A stretch of DNA of 64,000 nucleotides from positions 10,214 to 74,213 of the forward strand of contig JAJOJK010000005.1 in the NCBI GenBank assembly GCA_021208605.1, in the 5' to 3' direction. Source of the stretch: Candidatus Woesebacteria bacterium. GTDB lineage: Bacteria; Patescibacteriota; Microgenomatia; UBA1400; UBA1396. Both the position numbers and the translations under genes were made by a program. Positions 1 to 9,299 of the stretch are shown one piece after another; the stretch's first letter is position 1, and each line of letters opens with the position of its first letter. The notes under the pieces are model-generated. The model did not search any database, had not been told where the DNA came from, and saw nothing but the letters and a program-made list of their open reading frames with translations.

Positions 1-769
1 GAATCGTTTTCTCTTTCGTTTCCCACTTCACGGCCTTTCCCAAACCAGACTTATGCTTGTGATGAATAATCACTACGCGCGGATCATACCAAATCTTCCA
101 CTTTCCCAAATGAAAGCGATAACACCAATCAATATCTTCGGCATACATGAAGTATGACTCATCAAGTAAACCAACTTCTTCCATCGCTGTTCTTCGTACA
201 ATCATTGCTGCGCCAGAACAGGCCTCAATCTCATGGGCGGTACTCAAATCCATCCATGACAAATGGTATCCAGCCGCCCACTTTCGTTGAGGAAAGCGCT
301 TTGCTAAACCTGAGTAGTACATCATGGCGTTCCAAGGAGTCGGGAAACCGCGGTGACTCGAAGGATCAATTTCTCCAGAATCAAGCTCCACTCGCGGAGT
401 GACAACTCCGATTTCTGGATCTTCGGCAAACACATCGAGCAATGACAACAGATTGGTCTGTGGTGGAAACTCAGTATCAGTATTCAAGAGCATAATGAAA
501 GGCGCACTGGCGTGTTGGATACCAACATTATTGCCCGCCGAAAATCCGCGGTTCTCGCCTAAGGCATACGTTTTTACCCACGGAAATTTCTGTTTTACCT
601 GCTCGAGGACTCCGTCACTAGAAGCATTGTCCACCAAAATAACTTCCAAGGGAGTTTTTTTCGGATCTGGATCCCATTCTGCTACGTTCGTAAAAGACGC
701 CAAACACTTCTCCACCCAACTCCAAGAGTTGTAGCTTACTAGAATGAGAGAAAGTTGTTTTTTGGCCAT
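1..769 (-). CDS. Glycosyltransferase family 2 (N-terminal part; C-terminus runs off the window start)
   Basis: Minus-strand translation from ATG (complement of 767-769) reads MAKKQLSLILVSYNSWSWVEKCL...VDNASSDGV...MLLNTDTE..., a typical GT-A/GT2 DxD-type fold. No stop before position 1. The six-frame track shows only off-frame fragments here. Confidence 0.75.
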   Translation of the reverse strand, partial: MAKKQLSLILVSYNSWSWVEKCLASFTNVAEWDPDPKKTPLEVILVDNASSDGVLEQVKQKFPWVKTYALGENRGFSAGNNVGIQHASAPFIMLLNTDTEFPPQTNLLSLLDVFAEDPEIGVVTPRVELDSGEIDPSSHRGFPTPWNAMMYYSGLAKRFPQRKWAAGYHLSWMDLSTAHEIEACSGAAMIVRRTAMEEVGLLDESYFMYAEDIDWCYRFHLGKWKIWYDPRVVIIHHKHKSGLGKAVKWETKEKTI

Positions 770-772
770 AAA

Positions 773-1972
773 TTACTGTGCTGCTTCTTGATAAATATCC
801 AGGAGTTCTTCGGAAATACTTTCCCACCCAAAGTGCTGTTCGACAAATTTTTTGCCCGCAGCGCCCAGCTTTTGCTGCAGCTTTTTGTCTTGCAGTAAAC
901 GGACCGTTTGGTCAGCCATTTCTTGAGCCGTGTCTGCCAAGAGGAACTCCTTGTCCGGTTCTGCGCCAATGCCTTCCAGCGCTATTCCAGTACCAATGAC
1001 CGGCGTGCGGGTGGCCATGGCCTCGAGGACTTTGTAGCGCGTCCCCTTCCCGCTAAAGACCGGAGCTAATAAAACGTTGGCTTGTGCATACTCATCGCGA
1101 ATATCTGGCACTCGGCCGGTGACAGTAATGTGGTCGTCGTTTTCGGAGTATTTGCGAATTTTTGTGGTGGGCGAAGCACCGGCAATGCGCAGATGAACCT
1201 CGGGCATCGCCTGACGAATCCTGGGCCACACCTCTTCCACCAAAAATTCAACCGCCTCAACATTGGGAAGCCAGTTAAACGTCCCCACAAAGAGCACTGT
1301 CGGATGCTCATTCAGCTGCTTCTTTTTTTCCTCAAAAAATTGGATGTCAACACCGTTGGAAACGACGGCAATGTTCTCTAAGTTCGGCATCACCTCTTCT
1401 ATGAAATCGCGGTCATCTTCAGAAACGGTGATGAGCTGGTCGCAACTCTGCCAATACTGCTTTTCCCAGTATTTAATTTTGGCAATGTCGATATTCAGAA
1501 TTGGTCGCAAAAACGGATACTGCTTGGTGATCTTCTGCGAAAATTTCTCGTAACCAAGATACTCAATCGTTTGTTCCACGAGCAAAGTTGGAATAGAAGT
1601 CTCTGGGATATTCGGCATCATGTAGAACGTTTCCACATGGATGAGATCGTACTCTTCAGAACTCAACTCCTGCGCGATCGCTGCCTTGACCGACATAACC
1701 ATATTTCGCGTCACCACAAAAGGATAGGGGGTCAGACCAGCGAGCAAAATGTTGCGCGGATGCCATGGCTTGGAGGTCCGCTTGAAAACACGAACCTTGC
1801 GACAGTACTTCTCCAATTCAGGTAAGTACTGCTTTTCATCTTCATGTTTAATTAAACTGAAAAGCGTTACATCATGCTCTTCAGAAATCTTTTTGAGCAA
1901 GTTGTAGGTTCGCACTTGGCCGCCACTCAAGAGTGGATACGGCAAGTATGGAGTAAGCATAAAAATTCGCAT
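773..1972 (-). CDS. Glycosyltransferase family 4 (GT-B fold)
   Basis: 399 aa with an ATG start and a C-terminal EX7E-like motif region (GTRYKVLEAMATRTPVIGT). Sits 3 nt upstream of the GT2 gene in the same orientation, so likely an operon. Confidence 0.85.
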   Translation of the reverse strand: MRIFMLTPYLPYPLLSGGQVRTYNLLKKISEEHDVTLFSLIKHEDEKQYLPELEKYCRKVRVFKRTSKPWHPRNILLAGLTPYPFVVTRNMVMSVKAAIAQELSSEEYDLIHVETFYMMPNIPETSIPTLLVEQTIEYLGYEKFSQKITKQYPFLRPILNIDIAKIKYWEKQYWQSCDQLITVSEDDRDFIEEVMPNLENIAVVSNGVDIQFFEEKKKQLNEHPTVLFVGTFNWLPNVEAVEFLVEEVWPRIRQAMPEVHLRIAGASPTTKIRKYSENDDHITVTGRVPDIRDEYAQANVLLAPVFSGKGTRYKVLEAMATRTPVIGTGIALEGIGAEPDKEFLLADTAQEMADQTVRLLQDKKLQQKLGAAGKKFVEQHFGWESISEELLDIYQEAAQ

Positions 1973-1983
1973 CGATCTGATCC

Positions 1984-3576
1984 TTATTCGGTTTGGTACT
2001 CGTCTTCGGTACGTTGTGGTTGTTGGAGGTCGATAATAATGTAGTCGTCGGTCTTTTCCAGCACGGTGTACTCGGCTTCTAGGCGGCGTGCTTCGTCGTC
2101 ATAGGCGGTCGAAGCGTAGTACTGTGCTCCGGCAGCAATCTTATCTTCAATCTCGAATCCAATGGGCCAACCACGACGTTCGGTCTGGAATAAGAAAGTC
2201 GTGTCACCAAAACCTGGCGCGATGATGAGTGCGTCTTCGGGTGTCAGTCGTTGAATGGCCTCACCAGCACTGACATACGCCCAGTTATTCACATTGAACC
2301 ATCCCGATACCTCATACCAAGAAAAGGCCATGCTAAAAAGAGCGATAACACCAACGACCCCAGCCAACTCGATTTTCTGCCACACACCAGAACCCTGACG
2401 CACCAACCACACAGCCCCTCGCGCCCAAAGCAACACTAAAATTGGCACTAACGGCACTTGGTAGTAATCATGTTGCACATTTCCAGTCGCAAAAATGACC
2501 AAGTAGGCCAACATACCGAGGCCACCGAAAACCAAGGCCCCTTCTTCGCGCAGCCACGCGTCTTTATAGGCAAAAACCGCCTGCACCCATTGGCGGGGCG
2601 TTCGCAACTTCTTATACGTCCAGGCGCGCACGCCAGCCACCCAGCCAATCAGTAAAAATGAAGCACCCCAATAGCCAAACATCAGCCGGCCAATCCGGTC
2701 AGCAAACAACCAGCGCCACCAGGCTGGCTTCAAACGAATGCCGTTTCCGTTCAGCAACCAATCACTCGCTGGAATACCACTGGGGAACTGCTGAATCCAA
2801 GAGCGCCACCAAATGAGCGGAAGAACAGAAAGTCCCAGCACAACGGCGGCGGTCACCCAAGGCAGAACTCTCCACCGGCGATAGCGCCAAAAAATTCCAA
2901 TATAGAATGGCACAAAAAAGATTGCTACCGGCTTCACCAAGAGAGCGACAGCAAAAAACACGCCAGCCAACAGCAACCAGATCCAGTGTTTCCAGACTGT
3001 TTTTTTGCGTGCCACACCCATTCCCCAGACTTGAAGAGCAACTGCAGCCAGCAGCGCCCACATCACCATAAATGGCTCCGGCAAGACGACGCGACTGTAA
3101 TAGATGCTATACGGCAAAAAGGTAAACATCGCTCCCACCACAAACATAACGACGCGACCATACAAGTGGCGACTCAGATACAGCAGACAGAGCAAACTGA
3201 CGAAAGAAGCAGCAATCGATACGGCCCGGCTGGTAACAACAAGATCCAGCTCTGGCACCGTGAGCAGAATGCTGGCGGTCAAAGCATTTAACAGTGGAAA
3301 CTCTACCATGCGCCAGCCCTCCAGATTGAGCTCACCAGACTGGATGTTCGACACATCATGATAGCGCGGATGCAGTATATCGATGCCATCCCGCACAAAC
3401 TCGCGCGTCACACTGGCGGTATCGACTTGTCGAAACGAGTGCCAATCAGCCAAAGGAAAATCAATGCGATAGGAACGTACTGCCACAAAGGCAAGAATCA
3501 GAAACAAGATAAGCGCTATTTCGGTAATTCGCAACCACTGCCCCCAGGCAAATTTCGCCAAATGTTTCCGAGCCAC
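1984..3576 (-). CDS. GT-C membrane glycosyltransferase, PMT_2/GT39-like (protein O-mannosyltransferase-like)
   Basis: 530 aa polytopic membrane protein with a GTG start preceded by GAAAGAAG. Architecture is an N-terminal TM followed by loop regions, typical of PMT/ArnT-type GT-C enzymes. Confidence 0.65.
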   Translation of the reverse strand: MARKHLAKFAWGQWLRITEIALILFLILAFVAVRSYRIDFPLADWHSFRQVDTASVTREFVRDGIDILHPRYHDVSNIQSGELNLEGWRMVEFPLLNALTASILLTVPELDLVVTSRAVSIAASFVSLLCLLYLSRHLYGRVVMFVVGAMFTFLPYSIYYSRVVLPEPFMVMWALLAAVALQVWGMGVARKKTVWKHWIWLLLAGVFFAVALLVKPVAIFFVPFYIGIFWRYRRWRVLPWVTAAVVLGLSVLPLIWWRSWIQQFPSGIPASDWLLNGNGIRLKPAWWRWLFADRIGRLMFGYWGASFLLIGWVAGVRAWTYKKLRTPRQWVQAVFAYKDAWLREEGALVFGGLGMLAYLVIFATGNVQHDYYQVPLVPILVLLWARGAVWLVRQGSGVWQKIELAGVVGVIALFSMAFSWYEVSGWFNVNNWAYVSAGEAIQRLTPEDALIIAPGFGDTTFLFQTERRGWPIGFEIEDKIAAGAQYYASTAYDDEARRLEAEYTVLEKTDDYIIIDLQQPQRTEDEYQTE

Positions 3577-3579
3577 AGA

Positions 3580-5469
3580 TTACTTCTTTCGTTGCACGGA
3601 TTTCTTTTTACGCGTGCTTTTTTGTCGTCGCTTTTTGGTGGAGAGGTATCCTTTTTCACCGCCATGACGAGACTCGGCGGTTTCCTCTACCTTTTGCAGT
3701 AAAGCGGAAAGTTCTGAAGTTGCTATTTTTTTGGCTCGACGCTCAAAAGCGAATTGCTGTGCCACCACTCCATCCTTTACCAGGAGCGCCAGCGAAACAC
3801 CCACCACTAACCAGAGTGTGTAGGCCACCTTTGAAGCTACAAACACGTCGATATAGGTTCCATTGATCATCAGCGCAATGAGACCGCTAAAGAGACCGAT
3901 CGCCACCGCCGAATGCAGCGGGTCCGCACTCTGGCGGAAAGCGCGGTACGCATACCAAAGGACTAAACCAAGTGCACCGTAGTAGAAGAAGAAACCAAGC
4001 GCACCATTTTCGCCGAGAGTACGCAGGTAGTTATTATCAGTACTTTCAGCCTCGGTGAACTGCTCGACAGTCGTCTTGGTCAATGTGGCGTACCCAGACC
4101 CAACCACCGGATTATTGTAGAACCCTTGCATGGCTTGCGGCCACAGTGTTTCTAGGCGAATACAAAGTGACAAACTGTTGTTGATTGAACACTCGGAATA
4201 GACGCGTTCTTTGACCAACTTGTCACCCTTTTGGACCAACTCACCAGCCAGAGTCGCCGCCGGATCATCGAGTTCGTACTCTTTTTCTGGCACATCATCA
4301 TAGACATCCTGTGGACGCTCGGTAGTCGGCTGTGTATCGCTGACCGTCATGCCTTGTTCGTTGAGCTCCTTTTCGAGCTCGTCGGTTGACTTCGCACCCG
4401 CAGGCGGGCCACTCGGTTCTTTCTTTTTCAAGAACTCTAAATCCATAGCAATCACAGAAGAGGGATCTTCTTTAAATTTGGTAAATGTATCGTAGGCTTC
4501 ATGGACCTGTGGATACTTCTCTCGATCAACTAACTGAATAAAGCGGCTACTCAGATCGCCAACAGCCAAAAGCATAATTCCGCTCACCAAGTACACGACG
4601 AATCCACGCGAGAAAAAGAACCACCACGATTTACGCTGCAAAGCAAAAAACAACACCACAAAACCAATTCCAATCGCAAACCCGCCAAAGGAAGAACGTG
4701 CTCCCGACATTACCAGCAGCCATAAGCCAGCGAACCACGCAATTCCAGTCAACACGTACAAAATCACTCGCCATCGGCCACGTAACCAGCGTTCTGCTTC
4801 AGCATATTTTTTGCCTAATACAAAGAAGAAAGATAATGCGATTGGCAGAATAAATGCCAAATACGCACCTAAATCATAGTGACCAGCAAACGTAGACTGC
4901 ACCCGGGCGAAGGGGCCCAAATAGAGTCGGACACCTTTGCTAAACTCACGATTCATAGTCGAGTACACTGGCCAATACCAGAATTTCTGGCCGTAGCCAT
5001 AAAACACGACTGCCAACAACGTAATACCCATGGCGCCAAAGAGCACCAAAGCATCACGACGAGTTTTTACCGCTGAATAGGCAATAAAGAACAAAGAAAA
5101 GTACTGGATGTGTCGCATCCAGTGCAGCATCGATTTTCCAAAATGGAGCACTTCCGCAGGAATCGTTTGCGTCAAAACCACGCCGAGCACATTCGACAGC
5201 AATCCAGTCACTAAGTACGCCCCAATAAAGAGCGTCAAGGGAGTTCGCCAGTGCACTTTTTTGCGTAAAACTTGCAAACTCCACCACGCAAACACAAACA
5301 AGATAAAGAAATCTTCAAGACGAACCCGCACAATATACCCAGGAATAATTTCTCCCAGCGGGATTTTAGGGTACAAAGGGATAAAGATTATCAGGAACGC
5401 CGTCGCCAGCAATAAGAAATTATTGTCGAACCAGTTCCAAAGCTTCCTGATAAGTGCGCTGTTGACCAT
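3580..5469 (-). CDS. O-antigen ligase/polymerase-like membrane protein (Wzy_C domain) with a large acidic extracytoplasmic insert and a Lys-rich C-tail
   Basis: Multi-TM protein carrying the Wzy_C signature DNNYLRTLGENGALGFFFYYGALG. This matches the HNxYL..E.G..G ligase motif, but with N in place of the usual His. Start set at ATG 5469 (MVNSALIRKL); the track's 5487 start is a TTG. Confidence 0.6.
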   Translation of the reverse strand: MVNSALIRKLWNWFDNNFLLLATAFLIIFIPLYPKIPLGEIIPGYIVRVRLEDFFILFVFAWWSLQVLRKKVHWRTPLTLFIGAYLVTGLLSNVLGVVLTQTIPAEVLHFGKSMLHWMRHIQYFSLFFIAYSAVKTRRDALVLFGAMGITLLAVVFYGYGQKFWYWPVYSTMNREFSKGVRLYLGPFARVQSTFAGHYDLGAYLAFILPIALSFFFVLGKKYAEAERWLRGRWRVILYVLTGIAWFAGLWLLVMSGARSSFGGFAIGIGFVVLFFALQRKSWWFFFSRGFVVYLVSGIMLLAVGDLSSRFIQLVDREKYPQVHEAYDTFTKFKEDPSSVIAMDLEFLKKKEPSGPPAGAKSTDELEKELNEQGMTVSDTQPTTERPQDVYDDVPEKEYELDDPAATLAGELVQKGDKLVKERVYSECSINNSLSLCIRLETLWPQAMQGFYNNPVVGSGYATLTKTTVEQFTEAESTDNNYLRTLGENGALGFFFYYGALGLVLWYAYRAFRQSADPLHSAVAIGLFSGLIALMINGTYIDVFVASKVAYTLWLVVGVSLALLVKDGVVAQQFAFERRAKKIATSELSALLQKVEETAESRHGGEKGYLSTKKRRQKSTRKKKSVQRKK

Positions 5470-6544
5470 ACCGTCGCAGTATACCAAAAATTATCGTACG
5501 GAGAATGAGACCAATTGTGAGAATGCGGCGCAGGATCCACTCATCCAGGGGAGAACGATGTTTTTGCCACATATACAGCAATCCAGAAATTTCCCCGTGA
5601 ATAGATGCTTTGTGACCCGCGCTTGCAGAACCTAAGTGCGTCACTTTGGCCTTGGAGGACAAAGCCACATCCCAGTGACGGAGCGTGGCGCGCCAGCAGA
5701 GATCAACATCTTCGCCATACATGAAAATTTCGCTATCAAAACCGCCAATTTCATCAATGCAGGAGCGGGAGATCATCATCGCAGTTCCTCCGACCCAACC
5801 AACTTTGGCCAACGGCCGGCGGTGTAAGCGCCTCATATCATGCAAGTGGTGTTGGTAAGCCGGCAAGCGGTCGAGTCCGGGAATATCATCGAGAAAAGTA
5901 GCCCACAAAAAGACATTCCAGTTGGTGGGCAGGCTTCCGCCTTGGCGTTGCAGTGATTTGTCTTCGTTACGCAGCTCGGCGGCGATGATGCCGACATTGT
6001 CGAGTCGTGACTGCATGCGCGCCAATACAGAAGTTGATTTACTGGGACGACGACGAAACTGTTTGACCAAATTTTTGATTGTACTCGGCTGTACGAAAGC
6101 ATCGGAGTTCAAAAAGAACACATACTCCGCTGCACTCCCCGCTGCAGCCAAGTTGTTCGCGCGACCAAAACCAAGGTTGCGATCAGACGGAAACAAAACG
6201 ATTTCATGACCAGCCTCTTCTCCGGCGTAGACCGTAGAAACTGCGGTCACGTCTACCTTTACACTCGGAAAAGTATCAATAACATCGGCATTATGGAGCG
6301 TTTCTTGCCATGTCTGCCAGCGTTTTTTACTCGCCCGCAAACCGTACTTCCGGCGCAGCTGGTTCAGGGTTCGGTCAGTGGAACAGTTGTCCGCAACAAG
6401 AATCTCCAAATTCACGCCGGTCGATTTCAATACGGCATCAAGACATTTTTGTGTCAAAGCAGCGGTGTTGTACGAGACAACGACTACAGTTACTCGAGGA
6501 ATTTGGCGGTTTGTGCTCTCTGGCATATCTGGCATGGGGTGCAT
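5420..6544 (-). CDS. Glycosyltransferase family 2
   Basis: Reads RVTVVVVSYNTAALTQKCLDAV...ILVADNCSTD...FFLNSDAF, a GT2 fold. Start set at the internal ATG (MHPMPDMPES); the longer ORF N-terminus overlaps the neighbouring gene. Confidence 0.8.
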   Translation of the reverse strand: MHPMPDMPESTNRQIPRVTVVVVSYNTAALTQKCLDAVLKSTGVNLEILVADNCSTDRTLNQLRRKYGLRASKKRWQTWQETLHNADVIDTFPSVKVDVTAVSTVYAGEEAGHEIVLFPSDRNLGFGRANNLAAAGSAAEYVFFLNSDAFVQPSTIKNLVKQFRRRPSKSTSVLARMQSRLDNVGIIAAELRNEDKSLQRQGGSLPTNWNVFLWATFLDDIPGLDRLPAYQHHLHDMRRLHRRPLAKVGWVGGTAMMISRSCIDEIGGFDSEIFMYGEDVDLCWRATLRHWDVALSSKAKVTHLGSASAGHKASIHGEISGLLYMWQKHRSPLDEWILRRILTIGLILRTIIFGILRRYGQQRTYQEALELVRQ

Positions 6545-6596
6545 TATGGTCGGAAACCGTGTTTTGCACAAGGGGCGACACAGGTACAATACAGCT

Positions 6597-6833
6597 ATGC
6601 AAGTATTGACTGTGAAGGTTGTCCCGCAAGCAAAGCGTGAAAGCGTGGTACAACAGTCCGCAACCAACTTTACTATCTATGTTACCGAACCCGCGCAAAA
6701 AGGCAAAGCGAACAAAGCCATGCTGAAAGCGTTATCAAAACACTTGCATGTTCGTCCCTCAGACCTCATACTCTCCAAAGGAGAACGTTTCAACGAAAAA
6801 ACGGTCCTCTTGCTTGAGAATAAAACTGCATAA
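6597..6833 (+). CDS. DUF167 (YggU-like) family protein
   Basis: MQVLTVKVVPQAKRESVVQ...KANKAMLKALSKHLHVRPSDLILSKGERFNEKTVLL matches the YggU/DUF167 pattern. Start at ATG 6597. Confidence 0.55.
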   Translation: MQVLTVKVVPQAKRESVVQQSATNFTIYVTEPAQKGKANKAMLKALSKHLHVRPSDLILSKGERFNEKTVLLLENKTA

Positions 6834-6874
6834 AGATATATCATAGAGAATAGAGACTGACAGAAGGGGCACTT

Positions 6875-7888
6875 ATGAAACTCTTTGTAACCGGAGGAGC
6901 CGGGTTTATTGGTTCCAATTTTGTACGCTACTGGCTGAAGCACCATCCTGAGGATCACGTGGTCAATTACGATCTTCTCACCTACGCCGGTAATCTGGAA
7001 AACTTAGCCGAAATAGAAAACAATCCCCACTACACCTTCATTAAAGGTGACATCCGCGATCCAGAAGCCGTGCGCGAGGCGATGCGTGGCGCCAATGTGG
7101 TGGTCCACTTTGCGGCCGAATCTCATGTCGATCGCTCGATTACAGATCCATCTGGTTTCGTTACTACCAATGTGGTCGGAACGCAAGTTCTGCTCGATGC
7201 CGCCCGCGAACATGAAGTCCAACGCTTCCACCACGTCTCTACCGATGAAGTCTTTGGCTCGCTCGAGCTGGGATCAGAAGAAAAATTCACGCCGCATACT
7301 CCCTATGACCCGCGCAGTCCCTACTCCGCCAGTAAAGCCGGTAGCGACCACTTAGTCCGCGCCTATGGAGAAACATTTGGCTTGCCATGGACCATTACCA
7401 ACTGTTCCAACAACTACGGTCCGTACCACTTCCCAGAAAAACTCATCCCGTTGGCCATTACTAATATTCTGGAAGGAAAATCAGTGCCAGTGTACGGCGA
7501 CGGCCTCAACGTTCGCGACTGGCTCTATGTGGAAGACCACTGTCGCGCCATTGAAGCAGTGCTCCATCATGGCGAAGAGGAACATACCTACTTAGTCGGT
7601 GGCATGAGTGAAGATATTTCTAACTTGGACCTCGTCAAGATGATTCTCGAACTCATGGGAGCCGATGAATCTCTGATTACCTACGTCAAAGATCGCCCTG
7701 GTCACGACCGCCGTTACGCCGTTGACTGGAGCACGACACAAGCAGATCTCGGCTGGGAACCTTCCGTCACCTTAGAAGAAGGCCTGCAACAGACCATCGA
7801 CTGGTACCGTGAACACGAAGACTGGTGGCGCCGCGTAAAATCGGGCAGTTACCAGGACTACTACACCAAACAGTACGGAAACGAATAA
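6875..7888 (+). CDS. rmlB: dTDP-glucose 4,6-dehydratase
   Basis: MKLFVTGGAGFIGSNFVRYW... with the SDR YxxxK region (PYSASKAGSDHLVRAY). A GAAGGGG RBS precedes the ATG. Confidence 0.9.
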   Translation: MKLFVTGGAGFIGSNFVRYWLKHHPEDHVVNYDLLTYAGNLENLAEIENNPHYTFIKGDIRDPEAVREAMRGANVVVHFAAESHVDRSITDPSGFVTTNVVGTQVLLDAAREHEVQRFHHVSTDEVFGSLELGSEEKFTPHTPYDPRSPYSASKAGSDHLVRAYGETFGLPWTITNCSNNYGPYHFPEKLIPLAITNILEGKSVPVYGDGLNVRDWLYVEDHCRAIEAVLHHGEEEHTYLVGGMSEDISNLDLVKMILELMGADESLITYVKDRPGHDRRYAVDWSTTQADLGWEPSVTLEEGLQQTIDWYREHEDWWRRVKSGSYQDYYTKQYGNE

Positions 7889-7913
7889 AGGACAGCACAA
7901 CCAAAGGAGCACT

Positions 7914-8444
7914 ATGCAGATAGCTGAAGAATACAAGACCGCCCTTTCCACTCAGGGTTACAAAGAAAAAACCACCATTGATGGTGTCGAGATTCTGACC
8001 CAACCACTCTACCGCGATGATACCGGTAATTTCACCGAAGTCGTCCGATTGACTGACGGGCATGTTGAAGGCTTAGAAGGATTTGAAGTCCGCCAAACCA
8101 GTTTGTCACTCATGATGCCTGGCGTTATTAAGGCCTTCCATGTCCACGAAAACCAGGAAGATCTCTGGTACGTGCCACCTTACAACCGCATTGTCGCCAA
8201 CTTAGTTGACCTGCGCGCCGATTCTCCCACTAAAAACAACCACATGCGTATTGTCCTTGGCGGCTACAGCAACACGCTGCTGCGCATTCCGGCTGGCATC
8301 GCTCACGGAGCAGGGAACTTGTGGCACGAACCACAAACGCTCATCTACTTTGTCACCAATCAATTCAATCCAGACCAGCCAGACGAACACCGTTTGCCAT
8401 GGGACTTCTTTGGTCCAGAAATGTGGGAAGTCGAGCGAGGCTAA
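7914..8444 (+). CDS. rmlC: dTDP-4-dehydrorhamnose 3,5-epimerase (RmlC-like cupin)
   Basis: 176 aa cupin with VDLRADSPT..RIPAGIAHG motifs. AAGGAG RBS. Lies between rmlB and rmlD. Confidence 0.7.
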   Translation: MQIAEEYKTALSTQGYKEKTTIDGVEILTQPLYRDDTGNFTEVVRLTDGHVEGLEGFEVRQTSLSLMMPGVIKAFHVHENQEDLWYVPPYNRIVANLVDLRADSPTKNNHMRIVLGGYSNTLLRIPAGIAHGAGNLWHEPQTLIYFVTNQFNPDQPDEHRLPWDFFGPEMWEVERG

Positions 8445-8447
8445 GGC

Positions 8448-9296
8448 ATGAGCGCAGAGACACCTCACTCCAAAACTCCCGTTATGGGCACCGGTCTTTC
8501 CGGCCTGGTTGGCAGTCGAATTGTCGACCTTCTGGGCGATCGCTACTCTTTCCAGAATTTGGATCGGACAGAAGGCATCGATATCCTCAATCAAGAACAA
8601 ATTGAAAACATTGTGGCCAACTCAGCCGCCAAAACCATGCTGCACTTGGCGGCCTTTACCGACCTCAACACCGCTCAAAAAGAAGCCGGTGATACATCAG
8701 GAATTGTCTATCAAGTCAACGTGGAAGGCACGCGCACCATCGCTGCCGCCTGCGCTCGCCATGGTGTGCACTTGATCCACCTGTCCACCGGATATGTGTT
8801 TGATGGCGAAAAAAACGAGCCGTACACCGAAACCGACCCCACCAATCCGGTCGACTGGTACTCCGAGACAAAGCTGAAAGCCGAGGAAGTTGTCACCGAA
8901 CTCACCTCAGAAGCCACTATTCTGCGCATCAATTTCCCCTACCGCCAAGACGAGTTTCCCAAAGCTGACATCTGGCACAAAATGGCCAACGCCTTGCGCG
9001 AGGGCAAAACTGGTCCTTTCTTTGACGACCATTTTTTCACGCTGACACCCATTGAGTGGTTTGCTGATATCGTCGACTGGGCAATCACCGCCAAACCAGC
9101 CGGTATTTTCCACGCTACCACCGACACGGTTTACACCGACCTGTCTCTGGCCACGGAAATTCGTGACTCGCTTGGACTTACCCAAGAACTCACCGGGAGC
9201 AGTGTCCACACGTATAACCAAACCGCCGAGCGACCATACGCACCTTCTCTCATACTCTCAAATGAAAAACTGAAAGCCGCACTCAAGACCTCCTAA
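8448..9296 (+). CDS. rmlD: dTDP-4-dehydrorhamnose reductase
   Basis: 282 aa reading MLHLAAFTDLNTAQKE...IHLSTGYVFDGEKNEPYTETDPTNPVDWYSETKLKAE, an RmlD substrate-binding fold. Start is 3 nt after the rmlC stop. Confidence 0.8.
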   Translation: MSAETPHSKTPVMGTGLSGLVGSRIVDLLGDRYSFQNLDRTEGIDILNQEQIENIVANSAAKTMLHLAAFTDLNTAQKEAGDTSGIVYQVNVEGTRTIAAACARHGVHLIHLSTGYVFDGEKNEPYTETDPTNPVDWYSETKLKAEEVVTELTSEATILRINFPYRQDEFPKADIWHKMANALREGKTGPFFDDHFFTLTPIEWFADIVDWAITAKPAGIFHATTDTVYTDLSLATEIRDSLGLTQELTGSSVHTYNQTAERPYAPSLILSNEKLKAALKTS

Positions 9297-9299
9297 AGC